From contig OY970320.1 of NCBI GenBank assembly GCA_963716745.1, positions 544,001-608,000 on the forward strand: DNA of 64,000 nucleotides, read 5' to 3'. Both the position numbers and the translations under genes were made by a program. Shown piece by piece: positions 21,597 to 29,684 of the stretch; the first letter of the stretch is position 1, and each line of letters starts with the position of its first letter. The notes beneath the pieces were generated by a model. It saw nothing but the letters and a program-made list of their open reading frames with translations, ran no database searches and was not told the DNA's origin. This DNA comes from an uncultured Gemmatimonadaceae bacterium (lineage in GTDB: Bacteria; Gemmatimonadota; Gemmatimonadetes; Gemmatimonadales; Gemmatimonadaceae).

Positions 21597-22604
21597 ATGC
21601 GTCCTTCTCTCAGCCGTCCGCGCCTGCAGACCCTCCTCCGCTCCGCGACCGGCAAGCGCATCGCAGTAGTCGGCGACGCGATGCTCGACGTGTACCTCAA
21701 GGGGGATGTGGACCGCATCTCGCCCGAAGCGCCCGTGCCCGTCGTGCGCGTGCGCGAACGCCGCTCCGCGCTCGGCGGGGCGGCGAATGTCGCGCAGAAT
21801 GTCGCGGCGCTCGGCGCGAAGGCGGAGCTCGTCGCGGTCGTGGGGCGCGACGCGAGCGCGAAGGCGCTGCGCGCGATGCTGAAGGAACTCGGCGGGGAGA
21901 CGCGCGCGCTGGTGGAAGTGGACCGGCCCACCACGACCAAGACGCGCGTGCTCGCTCGAGTGCAGCAGGTCGTGCGTTTCGACGAGGAAGAGGACGCCGA
22001 CCTCGGCGCCGCCGATATCGCGCGGGTACTCAACGCCGTCGCGCACGCCGTCGCCGACGCCGATGCGCTCGTGCTCGAGGACTACAACAAGGGGCTGCTC
22101 GTGCCCGCGGTGATCCGTGCCGCGATCGATGCGGCGAATGCGCGCGGCATTCCGGTCGTGGTCGATCCCAAGTTCCGGAATTTCTTCGCGTACAAGGGCG
22201 CGACGATCTTCAAGCCGAACCGCCGCGAACTCGAGACGGCACTCGGCGCGACGATGGACGTGGACCATCCCGAGACCGTGCCCGCGATGCTCGAGCGGCT
22301 CGGCGTCGAGCACGTGCTGCTCACGTTGGGTGAGCGCGGCATGGTGCTGGTGAGCCCGAATGGCGTCGCGATGCGCGTGCCGACTACCGCGCGCGAGGTA
22401 TACGATGTGGTGGGCGCGGGCGACACCGTGACCGCGTACCTCGCGGCAATACTGGCCGCGGGCGGCACGGTGGAAGAGGCATCGATGATCGCGAACTTCG
22501 CCGCCGGCGTGGAAGTCGGGAAACTCGGCGCTGCCACCGTAGATGCCGACGAAGTGCTCGCGGCCTACGACGCCTACGCGGCGTACGTGAAGGGAGGCGG
22601 CTGA
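21597..22604 (+). CDS. rfaE1: D-glycero-beta-D-manno-heptose-7-phosphate kinase (stand-alone HldE kinase domain)
   Basis: VVGDAMLDVY..RISPEAPVPV, GGAANVA, DYNKG, VDPK, KPNRRE, DVVGAGDTV. Confidence 0.92.
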   Translation: MRPSLSRPRLQTLLRSATGKRIAVVGDAMLDVYLKGDVDRISPEAPVPVVRVRERRSALGGAANVAQNVAALGAKAELVAVVGRDASAKALRAMLKELGGETRALVEVDRPTTTKTRVLARVQQVVRFDEEEDADLGAADIARVLNAVAHAVADADALVLEDYNKGLLVPAVIRAAIDAANARGIPVVVDPKFRNFFAYKGATIFKPNRRELETALGATMDVDHPETVPAMLERLGVEHVLLTLGERGMVLVSPNGVAMRVPTTAREVYDVVGAGDTVTAYLAAILAAGGTVEEASMIANFAAGVEVGKLGAATVDADEVLAAYDAYAAYVKGGG

Positions 22605-22607
22605 GTC

Positions 22608-23099
22608 GTGAAGACCGGATTCGCACTATGGCTCGCGGTCGCCGTCGTGGGATCGTTGGCGTGGAGCACCGTGAGCTGGAACCTGCTGCAGCGGCGGATC
22701 CGGCGGAATCGCGCCGGCAATTGCGCGAACTGCGGCAGACCACTCGATGTGGAGCGCGCGCGCATCGGCGGACTCATGCTCTGCCCCGATTGCGCGCGGC
22801 GGTCGCGCAAAGTGGTGACCGTGGCGGTGCGTTCGATCGCCGCGCTCGTGATCGCCGGCAGCGCCGGGATGATCTGGGTGGTCTACGAGGTGTGGGACGT
22901 GAACCGGAAGGGCGCCTGGCTGCTGCTCGGATTGTGGGGGATGTACTCGGGCGTGTTGCTGTTCATCGCATTCCTGTCCGCGCGAGACGCCCATGAGGCC
23001 GGCCGGCGCGTGGCGCGCATGGAGCGGCGCGTGACACCTCCCGAGGGCCGCGGTCGTACGGAGAGTGTCATCACGCCACCTCGATCCCCGGGTATTTGA
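22608..23099 (+). CDS. Hypothetical membrane protein with a CxxC...CxxC zinc ribbon
   Basis: N-terminal hydrophobic helix, CANC-x14-CPDC, two further hydrophobic helices; starts 3 nt after rfaE1. Confidence 0.65.
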   Translation: MKTGFALWLAVAVVGSLAWSTVSWNLLQRRIRRNRAGNCANCGRPLDVERARIGGLMLCPDCARRSRKVVTVAVRSIAALVIAGSAGMIWVVYEVWDVNRKGAWLLLGLWGMYSGVLLFIAFLSARDAHEAGRRVARMERRVTPPEGRGRTESVITPPRSPGI

Positions 23100-23100
23100 T

Positions 23101-23361
23101 ATGGGAGAACAGAACTACGTTGAGTTGCTCGGGATGGCCATGGTGTGCGGCACCGCACTCATCCTGGCCTTCGGATTTTTCTGGTACAAACGCCCACGCG
23201 GCGTGAGCAACAAGTCCCTGGACGAGATCGCGGAGCGGCTCGCTCAACTGGAGCGCGCCGTGGACGCGATCGCCGTCGAGACCGAGCGGATCAGCGAGGG
23301 CCAGCGCTTCACCGCCAAGCTGCTCAGCGAGCGCTCGGCCGAGCACAGCGTGCCGCGATGA
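23101..23361 (+). CDS. Small membrane protein, paralogue A (86 aa; TM + coiled coil + AVETERISEGQRFT)
   Basis: MGEQNYVELLGMAMVCGTALILAFGFFWYK...LERAVDAIAVETERISEGQRFTAKLLSER. Confidence 0.85.
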   Translation: MGEQNYVELLGMAMVCGTALILAFGFFWYKRPRGVSNKSLDEIAERLAQLERAVDAIAVETERISEGQRFTAKLLSERSAEHSVPR

Positions 23362-23409
23362 CCGGGCAGTGGAGCGAGCGTGCGGCTTCACGACATCCTG
23401 GAGCTTGAG

Positions 23410-23670
23410 ATGCAAGACAAATACACCTTCGTCATCACGATATTCTCGATCATCGGAGTCTCCTGTATTACCATCGCGCTCGGCGTGGCCTGGCTCAGGC
23501 GGCCGCCGCGCGTGGCGTCGAAGGATCTCGCGGAGATCGCGGAGCGGTTGACGTCGCTGGAACGCGCCGTCGATACGATTGCCGTCGAGACCGAGCGTAT
23601 CAGCGAAGGCCAGCGATTTACCACCAAGTTGCTCAGCGAGCGCGCGGCTGAGCATATCGTGCCGCGATGA
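23410..23670 (+). CDS. Small membrane protein, paralogue B (86 aa)
   Basis: MQDKYTFVITIFSIIGVSCITIALGVAWLRR...LERAVDTIAVETERISEGQRFTTKLLSER. Confidence 0.85.
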   Translation: MQDKYTFVITIFSIIGVSCITIALGVAWLRRPPRVASKDLAEIAERLTSLERAVDTIAVETERISEGQRFTTKLLSERAAEHIVPR

Positions 23671-23924
23671 CCGGCCAGGAAGCGGCCGTGCTCATCGTCG
23701 GCACCGTGGCGGCGAGCAGCATGGCCATGACGTGGATGCGGATGCATTACCGGAGCCAGAAGGGCATCGCGAGCGGCGATCTCGCGGCGGTCGAGGCGCG
23801 TCTCGCGCGCATCGAGCAGGCGGTGGACGCCATCGCGGTGGAGACCGAGCGCATCTCCGAGGGGCAGCGCTTCACGACGAAGCTGCTCAGCGAACGAACG
23901 ACGAGCGGGAGTGCGCAGCGATGA
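23667..23924 (+). CDS. Small membrane protein, paralogue C (85 aa)
   Basis: MTGQEAAVLIVGTVAASSMAMTWMR...IEQAVDAIAVETERISEGQRFTTKLLSER; ATGA overlap with B. Confidence 0.85.
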   Translation: MTGQEAAVLIVGTVAASSMAMTWMRMHYRSQKGIASGDLAAVEARLARIEQAVDAIAVETERISEGQRFTTKLLSERTTSGSAQR

Positions 23925-24178
23925 ATCCGAACGATACGGCGGCTTTCGTGACGCTCGTGCTGACCGTTGGCGTGATCGCGTTCACGTGGATCGCGACGCG
24001 GAACCGGCGGCAGCCTTCCGTCGGGAGCGCCGAGCTCAAGGCGATCGATGATCGCCTCGCGCGCATGGAGCAGGCGATTGATGCGATGGCGGTTGAAACT
24101 GAAAGGATCTCGGAGGGACAACGATTTACGTCGAAGCTGCTGGCTGAACGCGCGAAGGATCCGGTCCCTCGAAACTGA
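23921..24178 (+). CDS. Small membrane protein, paralogue D (85 aa)
   Basis: MNPNDTAAFVTLVLTVGVIAFTWIATR...MEQAIDAMAVETERISEGQRFTSKLLAER; ATGA overlap with C. Confidence 0.85.
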   Translation: MNPNDTAAFVTLVLTVGVIAFTWIATRNRRQPSVGSAELKAIDDRLARMEQAIDAMAVETERISEGQRFTSKLLAERAKDPVPRN

Positions 24179-24182
24179 AGTT

Positions 24183-24728
24183 CGCGGGAAGCGGGAAGCG
24201 GGAAGCGCCGCGGGAAGCGAATACGGCGCGGACTACAGCTTCTCTCGCAGACTCGCGATCAGTCGGGTGAGCATTCGGCTCACGTGATCTCCGATCTCCT
24301 CGGCTGCCTTCAAGTCGTTCTCAGAGAAGTAGCCTACGCGGCGACCGCCCTCGAGGAGCGTCGCCAGCTCGGCTAGCGAGCCACGCGAGATCGAGAGGAA
24401 GTGCAAGTATTCCTTCGTGTGGCTGCGCGCATTCCCCTCCGCGATGTTGGCGGCCACCGAGACCGAGGCGCGACGGATCTGGCTCGACAGATCGAAGCGC
24501 TCGGTCGACGGCAATTTCGCGACGAGTCGATGGGACTCGACCATCAAGTCCATCGCCCTCTGCCAGACCTTGAGCTGACGGCAATTCTGAATCATGGCGC
24601 CTCCTCGAAGTTCGGAAGCTGCCATTTGATTCCAAGAGGAATTGGCATCACGGCATTCGGCAACGGCGCCTTCCGTCGCGCGCTGCCGTTTCGCGTCCCG
24701 CGGCGCTTCCCGCTTCCCGCTTCCCGCG
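24183..24728. mobile_element. Putative cassette: four-helix-bundle gene bounded by (GCGGGAA)n terminal inverted repeats
   Basis: Left arm 24183-24219, right arm 24692-24728 (reverse complement); the same arms occur without cargo at 21470-21572. Mobility is inferred. Confidence 0.55.
24233..24595 (-). CDS. Four-helix-bundle protein (23S rRNA IVS protein / Avd-like family)
   Basis: LKVWQRAMDL..LPSTERFDLSSQIRRASVSVAANIAEG..EYLHFLSISRGSLAEL; GAGGAGG upstream of ATG 24595. Confidence 0.92.
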   Translation of the reverse strand: MIQNCRQLKVWQRAMDLMVESHRLVAKLPSTERFDLSSQIRRASVSVAANIAEGNARSHTKEYLHFLSISRGSLAELATLLEGGRRVGYFSENDLKAAEEIGDHVSRMLTRLIASLREKL

Positions 24729-24802
24729 CCATACGAAGCTTTGCCTCTCCTTCAGTCGTCTTTCCCCGACCGCAAGAGATGCATAGCTTGTTGTCGTAAG
24801 AA

Positions 24803-24876
24803 GGGCCCTTAGCTCAGCCGGTTAGAGCAGCGGACTCATAATCCGACGCGCGCAGGTTCGAATCCTGCAGGGCCCA
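24803..24876 (+). tRNA. tRNA-Ile2 (CAT, lysidine type); CCA not encoded
   Basis: GGGCCCT/AGGGCCC acceptor stem, AGCTCAG D-arm, CTCATAA loop, GGTTCGAATCC; resembles ileX-type sequences and lacks initiator features. Confidence 0.85.
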
Positions 24877-24882
24877 CTTGCT

Positions 24883-27315
24883 CTATTCCTCCGCCGCGCG
24901 CAGCGCCTGCGCCGGGTCGGTGCGCGAGACGAGCCACGCCGGCCGCGCCGCGGCGACGATCGCGACGGCACTCAGGAGCGCGGCTACCACCAGATAGATC
25001 GCCGGATCTCGCGGCTCTACGTCGTAGAGCAGCGGCGCCACCAACGGCCCGCCCGCGAACGCGATCGCGAAGCCGAGCGCGAGTCCCGAAAGCGTCAACG
25101 CGATCCCCTCGCGCAGCACGAACCAGGTGAGCCGGTTCGGGCTCGCGCCGAGCGCGGAGCGCACGGCGAGCTCCGCCGAGCGGCGCGAGATGCCGAACGC
25201 GATGAGTCCGTAGAGTCCGACGCCCGCCACAGCGAGCGCGAGCGGGCCGAGGATCTCGAAGACGGTTGCCGAGAGCCGCCAGGGGCGGAGGTAGGGCTCC
25301 AGATCGTGCGACAGCGCGCGGACGCTCACGTTGAGAAGCCCCGGTTCGAGTTCGAGCAGTGTGCGCCGAACCATTGCGACGGCGAGCGCAGGGTCGCCAG
25401 CGGTACGCGCGACGAGCGCTTGCGGACCGATATTCCCCATGGTGCTGCGCAATCGGCGCGAACAATTGCGGTTCAGGCGTCTCGCGCAACTCGCGGTATG
25501 TGCGCGTCGGCGAGGACGCCCACGACGGTCGAACATGTGGAGTCCGATCCGGCAAGCATGCACTGTCCCACCGGATCCTTGCCGGGCCACAGAACGCGCG
25601 CGAGCGTCTCATTCACGACCACCACACTTGGCGCATGCTCGTTGTCCGCCGCAGTGAACTCGCGGCCCGCGCGTAGATGCATGCCCAGAGCGCGGAAATA
25701 GTCCTCCGACACAGCATTCAGATCCGCCGTGTGGTGAGTCGCTGGCGCGCTGGGAACGCGAACGTCACCTCCAAAGTTCGTCGCGAACGGGGTCGCGAAC
25801 ATGACGCTCACGTGTTCGAGTCCCGGCCGGCCTCGCAGTGCCGCGTAGGCGCGATTCCAGAAAGCGAGCGTAATCGAATCCACTAGCGCTCCAGTACGTC
25901 TGGCGACGAGCACGTGGGTCGCATCGAACCCGAGATCCGTCGCCTTCGCCCGCTCGAGGCTTCGGACGAACAGGCCCGCACCGACGAGCAGCACGGTCAC
26001 GAGAGTCGCCTGCGACGAGCAGCAGCGCGCCACGCAGCGTTCGCCGCGCCGCATGCTCCGCACGGACTGGCTGCCGATATTCGCGACGTATTCACGCTGC
26101 GCGAGATGCATGACCGGGATCACACCAATGATGACGCCGATCACCAGCGCGGCAACGCCGCCCAGGAGCGTGGCGCGCGCGCCGAGCGTTACACCGTCCC
26201 AAGCGATATCCGCCAGCAGCACCCGGCGAACGAGTACCGTTCCCGCGGTCGCGACCAACAGGCTCACCGTGAATCCGAGCGCCGCGAGCATGAGGCTCTC
26301 GGTCAGGAGCAGCCGCGCGACGCGCGCCCGGGTGCCGCCCAGCGCGAACCGGATGCCCAGCTCGCGGCGCCGCTGGATCGTGCGCGCCAGCACCAGATTG
26401 CTGACATTCGCGATCGCGATGAGCAGCACGAGCAGGGAGAACCCGCCCAGCCAGAGCGCGATGCGCGCGCGCGTGGTCGGGGAGCCGTCCGGCGTTCCGC
26501 GAACCGGCGATCGACACGAGGATCGCCCGCACCGGCGGCTCACGCGGATCTGCCTCCTGTTGCGCCTGCCGCAGTACGATGGTCGCCTCCGTCTCCGCGG
26601 GAGCGGCTCCGCGGCCGGCGCGCCGGCGCACGACGACTTGGGTCCAGTAGCTCCGCTGCGTCATGTACCACTTGGGGCCGCCGAAGTAGCGATGATCCCA
26701 CGTGTATACGGGATCCAGACGTCCACGCGTGCCGCGTCCACGCCCGAGAAGGCGCGCGGCGCGACGCCCACGATCGTGAACTTCCGTCCCGCGGATCTCG
26801 ATCTCCCGCCCCAGCACGCTCCGCTCGCCCGCATACTCCCGCTGCCAAACGCCGTAACTGATCACGGCCACCAGATCGCCTTCCGGTATCCGGTCCTCCT
26901 GCGGCAGGAAGAACCGCCCCAAGGCCGGACGCACCTCGAGCGTCGTGAAGAAGCTCGGCGTCGCGATCATGCCGTTCGCCTTCCAGGCCGTCTCCCCATG
27001 CCCGATCGGCATGTCGGTGTCCGCAAAGCCTCCGACGGACTCGAATGCCTCGACGTGATCACGCAGCGCGAGATAGTTCTCGTAAGTCGTCGGCAGAACT
27101 CGGCGTCATACTGATCCCGCGAATCCGAGCCGGCTCACGCCGGCGGGATCTCCCACGCCATTCGGCGGACTCAGCAGCAGGCGGTCGACGACGTCGAACA
27201 TCACGGCATTCACCGCGAGCCCGAGCGCGAGCGTGATCACGATCGCCACGGTCGAGGCCGGCGCACGCACCGCGGTGCGAACGGCGAATGCGATATCCTG
27301 CCGCAGATCGCTCAT
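24883..27315 (-). CDS. ABC transporter permease, duplicated FtsX/MacB (ADOP-type orphan permease); multiple frameshifts
   Basis: MSDLRQDIAFAVR..ITLALGLAVNAVMF; LVLLIAIANVSNL..RRRELGIRFALG; VLLVGAGLFVRSL; GLYGLIAFGISRRSAELAVRSALGA; RTDPAQALR. Confidence 0.85.
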
Positions 27316-27434
27316 CACTGGAACAGCGCCGCCGACTTGATCACCGTCTGCGCGACTCCCCACGCGAGCGGGATGCCCACGTAGAGCCACGCGAGCGCGA
27401 CTCGGACTCTCTCGGCACGATTCGTCTCAGCCAT
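27315..27434 (-). CDS. MFS transporter small subunit (39 aa; not in ORF track)
   Basis: MAETNRAERVRVALAWLYVGIPLAWGVAQTVIKSAALFQ; overlaps the end of the OFA-MFS gene and is TGATG-coupled to the next gene. Confidence 0.75.
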   Translation of the reverse strand: MAETNRAERVRVALAWLYVGIPLAWGVAQTVIKSAALFQ

Positions 27435-28785
27435 TCGTCGCTCCGCGGAAATGGTGCTTCGCGTCCACCGGGCGCATCGCAACGTTCGCGATGAATCCCA
27501 CCACGAGCAAGCCCGCCATCACGTACATGGTCACGTCGTATGCCTCGGCTATCGCCACGCCGTGCGCGATCTCGTATTCTCGAATGTAGTTCACGAGCAC
27601 GGGGCCGAGGGCGCCGGCGACGCTCCACGCGAGGAGCAGACGCCCGTGGATCGCGCCCACCTGCATGGTGCCGAACATGTCGCGCAGATACGCGGGGATG
27701 GTCGCGAAGCCGCCACCGTACATTGACAGTAGCACAGCGCACACGATCACGAACAAGGCCACGGACTGGGTGGCCGCCACGGTCGCGATGCTCGCGTAGA
27801 GCACGGCGCCCAGCGCGAAGAAGATGAAGTACGTCGCGCGGCGGCCGATCCTGTCGCTCGCCGAGCTCCAGAGGAATCGCCCCGCCATGTTCGCGAGACT
27901 CAGGAGGCTCACGAAGCCCGCCGCCGCGGCCGCGAGCACGTGGCCCTTGAAGATCTCCTGGATCATGGGACTCGCCTGCTCGAGGATCCCGATCCCGGCG
28001 GTCACGTTCGCGCAGAGCATGATCCAGAGCAGCCAGAACTGCGGCGTCCGCATCGCCTCGTTCACTTCCACGTTCGCGGTCGTGACCAATGGCTTCGACG
28101 CCGGCGGCGTCCAGCCCGCCGGCTGCCAGCCCGGCGCCGGCACGCGCACGCTGAACGCGCCGAACATCATGAACGCGAAATAGATCACGCCGAGCGCCAC
28201 GAACGACTCGGCGACGCCGGGCGACGTTGTGCTCTTGAAATGATTCATGAGCGCCACGGACAGCGGGCTCGCGATCATCGCACCGCCGCCGAAGCCCATG
28301 ATCGCCATTCCCGTCGCCATGCCGGGCCGGTCGGGGAACCACTTGATGAGTGTCGTGACCGGCGAGATGTAACCGATGCCAAGCCCCACGCCACCGAGCA
28401 CGCCGTAGCCGAGCACGAGCAGCCAGAGCTGATGCGTCGCGATGCCCGCGGCGCCCAGAATGAATCCGCTCGCAAAGCACACCGCGCTCGTGAACATCGC
28501 GCGCCGCGGTCCCACGCGTTCGAGCCACGCGCCGAACGTTGCCGCCGAGGCGCCGAGGAAGATGATCGCGACGCTGAATACCCAGCCGAGCGTCGAGAAC
28601 TTCCAGTCATCGGGCGCGGAATCCGCGCCGCCGATGAGCCGCGACAGCGGGATCTTGAACACCGAGAACGCGTACACCTGGCCGATGCACAGGTGGATCG
28701 CGAGCGCCGCCGGCGGCACGCGCCAGCGGCTGAATCCGGGCGCCGCGATGCTATGGTCGCGATCGAGGAAGGAGAGCATTGCCAC
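27427..28785 (-). CDS. OFA-family (oxalate:formate antiporter-like) MFS transporter
   Basis: PPAALAIHLCIGQVYAFSVF, GIGYISPVTTLIKWFPDRPGMATG, MYGGGFATIPAYL..GAIHGRLLLAWS. Confidence 0.93.
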   Translation of the reverse strand: MAMLSFLDRDHSIAAPGFSRWRVPPAALAIHLCIGQVYAFSVFKIPLSRLIGGADSAPDDWKFSTLGWVFSVAIIFLGASAATFGAWLERVGPRRAMFTSAVCFASGFILGAAGIATHQLWLLVLGYGVLGGVGLGIGYISPVTTLIKWFPDRPGMATGMAIMGFGGGAMIASPLSVALMNHFKSTTSPGVAESFVALGVIYFAFMMFGAFSVRVPAPGWQPAGWTPPASKPLVTTANVEVNEAMRTPQFWLLWIMLCANVTAGIGILEQASPMIQEIFKGHVLAAAAAGFVSLLSLANMAGRFLWSSASDRIGRRATYFIFFALGAVLYASIATVAATQSVALFVIVCAVLLSMYGGGFATIPAYLRDMFGTMQVGAIHGRLLLAWSVAGALGPVLVNYIREYEIAHGVAIAEAYDVTMYVMAGLLVVGFIANVAMRPVDAKHHFRGATNG

Positions 28786-28864
28786 GCGCCGATTCTACGC
28801 CGCGCGTGCGGTCGCCGCCACTACCAAGATGGTCGCGGTTCCGTTACCATTCGCTCTCGCGTTC

Positions 28865-28938
28865 GGGCGCGTAGCTCAGCTGGTTAGAGCGCTGGTCTCA
28901 CATACCAGAGGTCGGGGGTTCGATCCCCTCCGCGCCCA
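28865..28938 (+). tRNA. tRNA-Val (CAC); CCA not encoded
   Basis: GGGCGCG/CGCGCCC acceptor stem, ctggt-CTCACAT-accag anticodon arm, GGTTCGATCC. Confidence 0.92.
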
Positions 28939-28954
28939 CTACGAACTACAAATA

Positions 28955-29064
28955 CGGGCTGTCGGCTGTCGGCTGTAGCCTGCGACCCATTGCCAAACGG
29001 CCACCCCTGCGCGGAATGGCCGTTTTTTCGCAGCAGCAAGCGACAGCCGACAGCCAACAGCCCG
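28955..29064. repeat. (GGCTGTC)n heptamer inverted repeat enclosing a terminator
   Basis: cgggctgtcggctgtcggctgt ... acagccgacagccaacagcccg. Confidence 0.8.
28995..29028 (+). terminator. Probable intrinsic terminator after tRNA-Val
   Basis: aaacggcca...tggccgtttttt hairpin plus T-tract. Confidence 0.65.
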
Positions 29065-29081
29065 CCGTTAGGTTCTCGGAA

Positions 29082-29684
29082 TCATCTCCACGTCGTCGCC
29101 CGATCCCGCGAATAACTCTGCCCGCACACCGCGCACGTCACCTGTAACGGGCCCATGATGCGGGCATCGAGCGGGAGCCGCTCACCGCACTGGCACATCC
29201 AGCCGGCGATCTGGGCGGGGACGCCCACCACGAGAGCGAAGGCCGGCACATCGCGCGTCACCACCGCGCCCGCTCCCACGAAGGCGTACTCGCCCAGCAC
29301 CGTACCGCAGACCACGGTCGCGTTCGCGCCGATGCTCACGCCGCGGCGCACGATGGTGGTCTGATATTCATTCTTCCTCGACACATGACTGCGCGGGTTG
29401 ATCACGTTCGTGAACACCATCGACGGGCCGAGGAACACATCGTCCTCGCAGATCACGCCCTCGTAGATGCTCACGTTGTTCTGCACCTTCACGTTGCGGC
29501 CCAGCGTCACGCGCGGCATCACCACCACATTCTGTCCGAGTGAGCACGCCTCGCCGATCACCGCGCCGGGCATCACGTGGCAGAAATGCCAGATCTTGGT
29601 GCCCTTCCCCACCACGGCGCCCTGGTCCACGAAGCTCGACACGTGCGCCTGGCCTCCGCCGGGCAGATCCTTCATCTCGCTCAT
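29082..29684 (-). CDS. wbpD: UDP-2-acetamido-3-amino-2,3-dideoxy-glucuronate N-acetyltransferase (WbpD/WlbB-like)
   Basis: Hexapeptide repeats, KIWHFCHV, KVQNNVSIYEGV, FLGPSMVFTNVINPRS, GWMCQCG. Confidence 0.85.
   Translation of the reverse strand: MSEMKDLPGGGQAHVSSFVDQGAVVGKGTKIWHFCHVMPGAVIGEACSLGQNVVVMPRVTLGRNVKVQNNVSIYEGVICEDDVFLGPSMVFTNVINPRSHVSRKNEYQTTIVRRGVSIGANATVVCGTVLGEYAFVGAGAVVTRDVPAFALVVGVPAQIAGWMCQCGERLPLDARIMGPLQVTCAVCGQSYSRDRATTWR

Noticed and set aside
23260..24150. CRISPR-like array from the four recurring ~70-bp segments
   Set aside because: The segments are degenerate at third codon positions, ~255-310 bp apart and inside ORFs; no cas genes are present.
23101..24595. Diversity-generating retroelement (repeats plus an Avd-like gene)
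   Set aside because: No reverse transcriptase in the window. Differences among the repeats are mostly synonymous and not adenine-specific, and all copies are coding.
24803..24876. tRNA-Met or initiator tRNA
   Set aside because: It has a paired first base pair and lacks the three consecutive G-C anticodon-stem pairs of initiators. The sequence resembles ileX-type tRNA-Ile2, though elongator Met cannot be fully excluded.
24803..28938. tRNA-anchored genomic island or prophage
   Set aside because: No integrase, no duplicated tRNA 3' end (att) seen and no phage genes.
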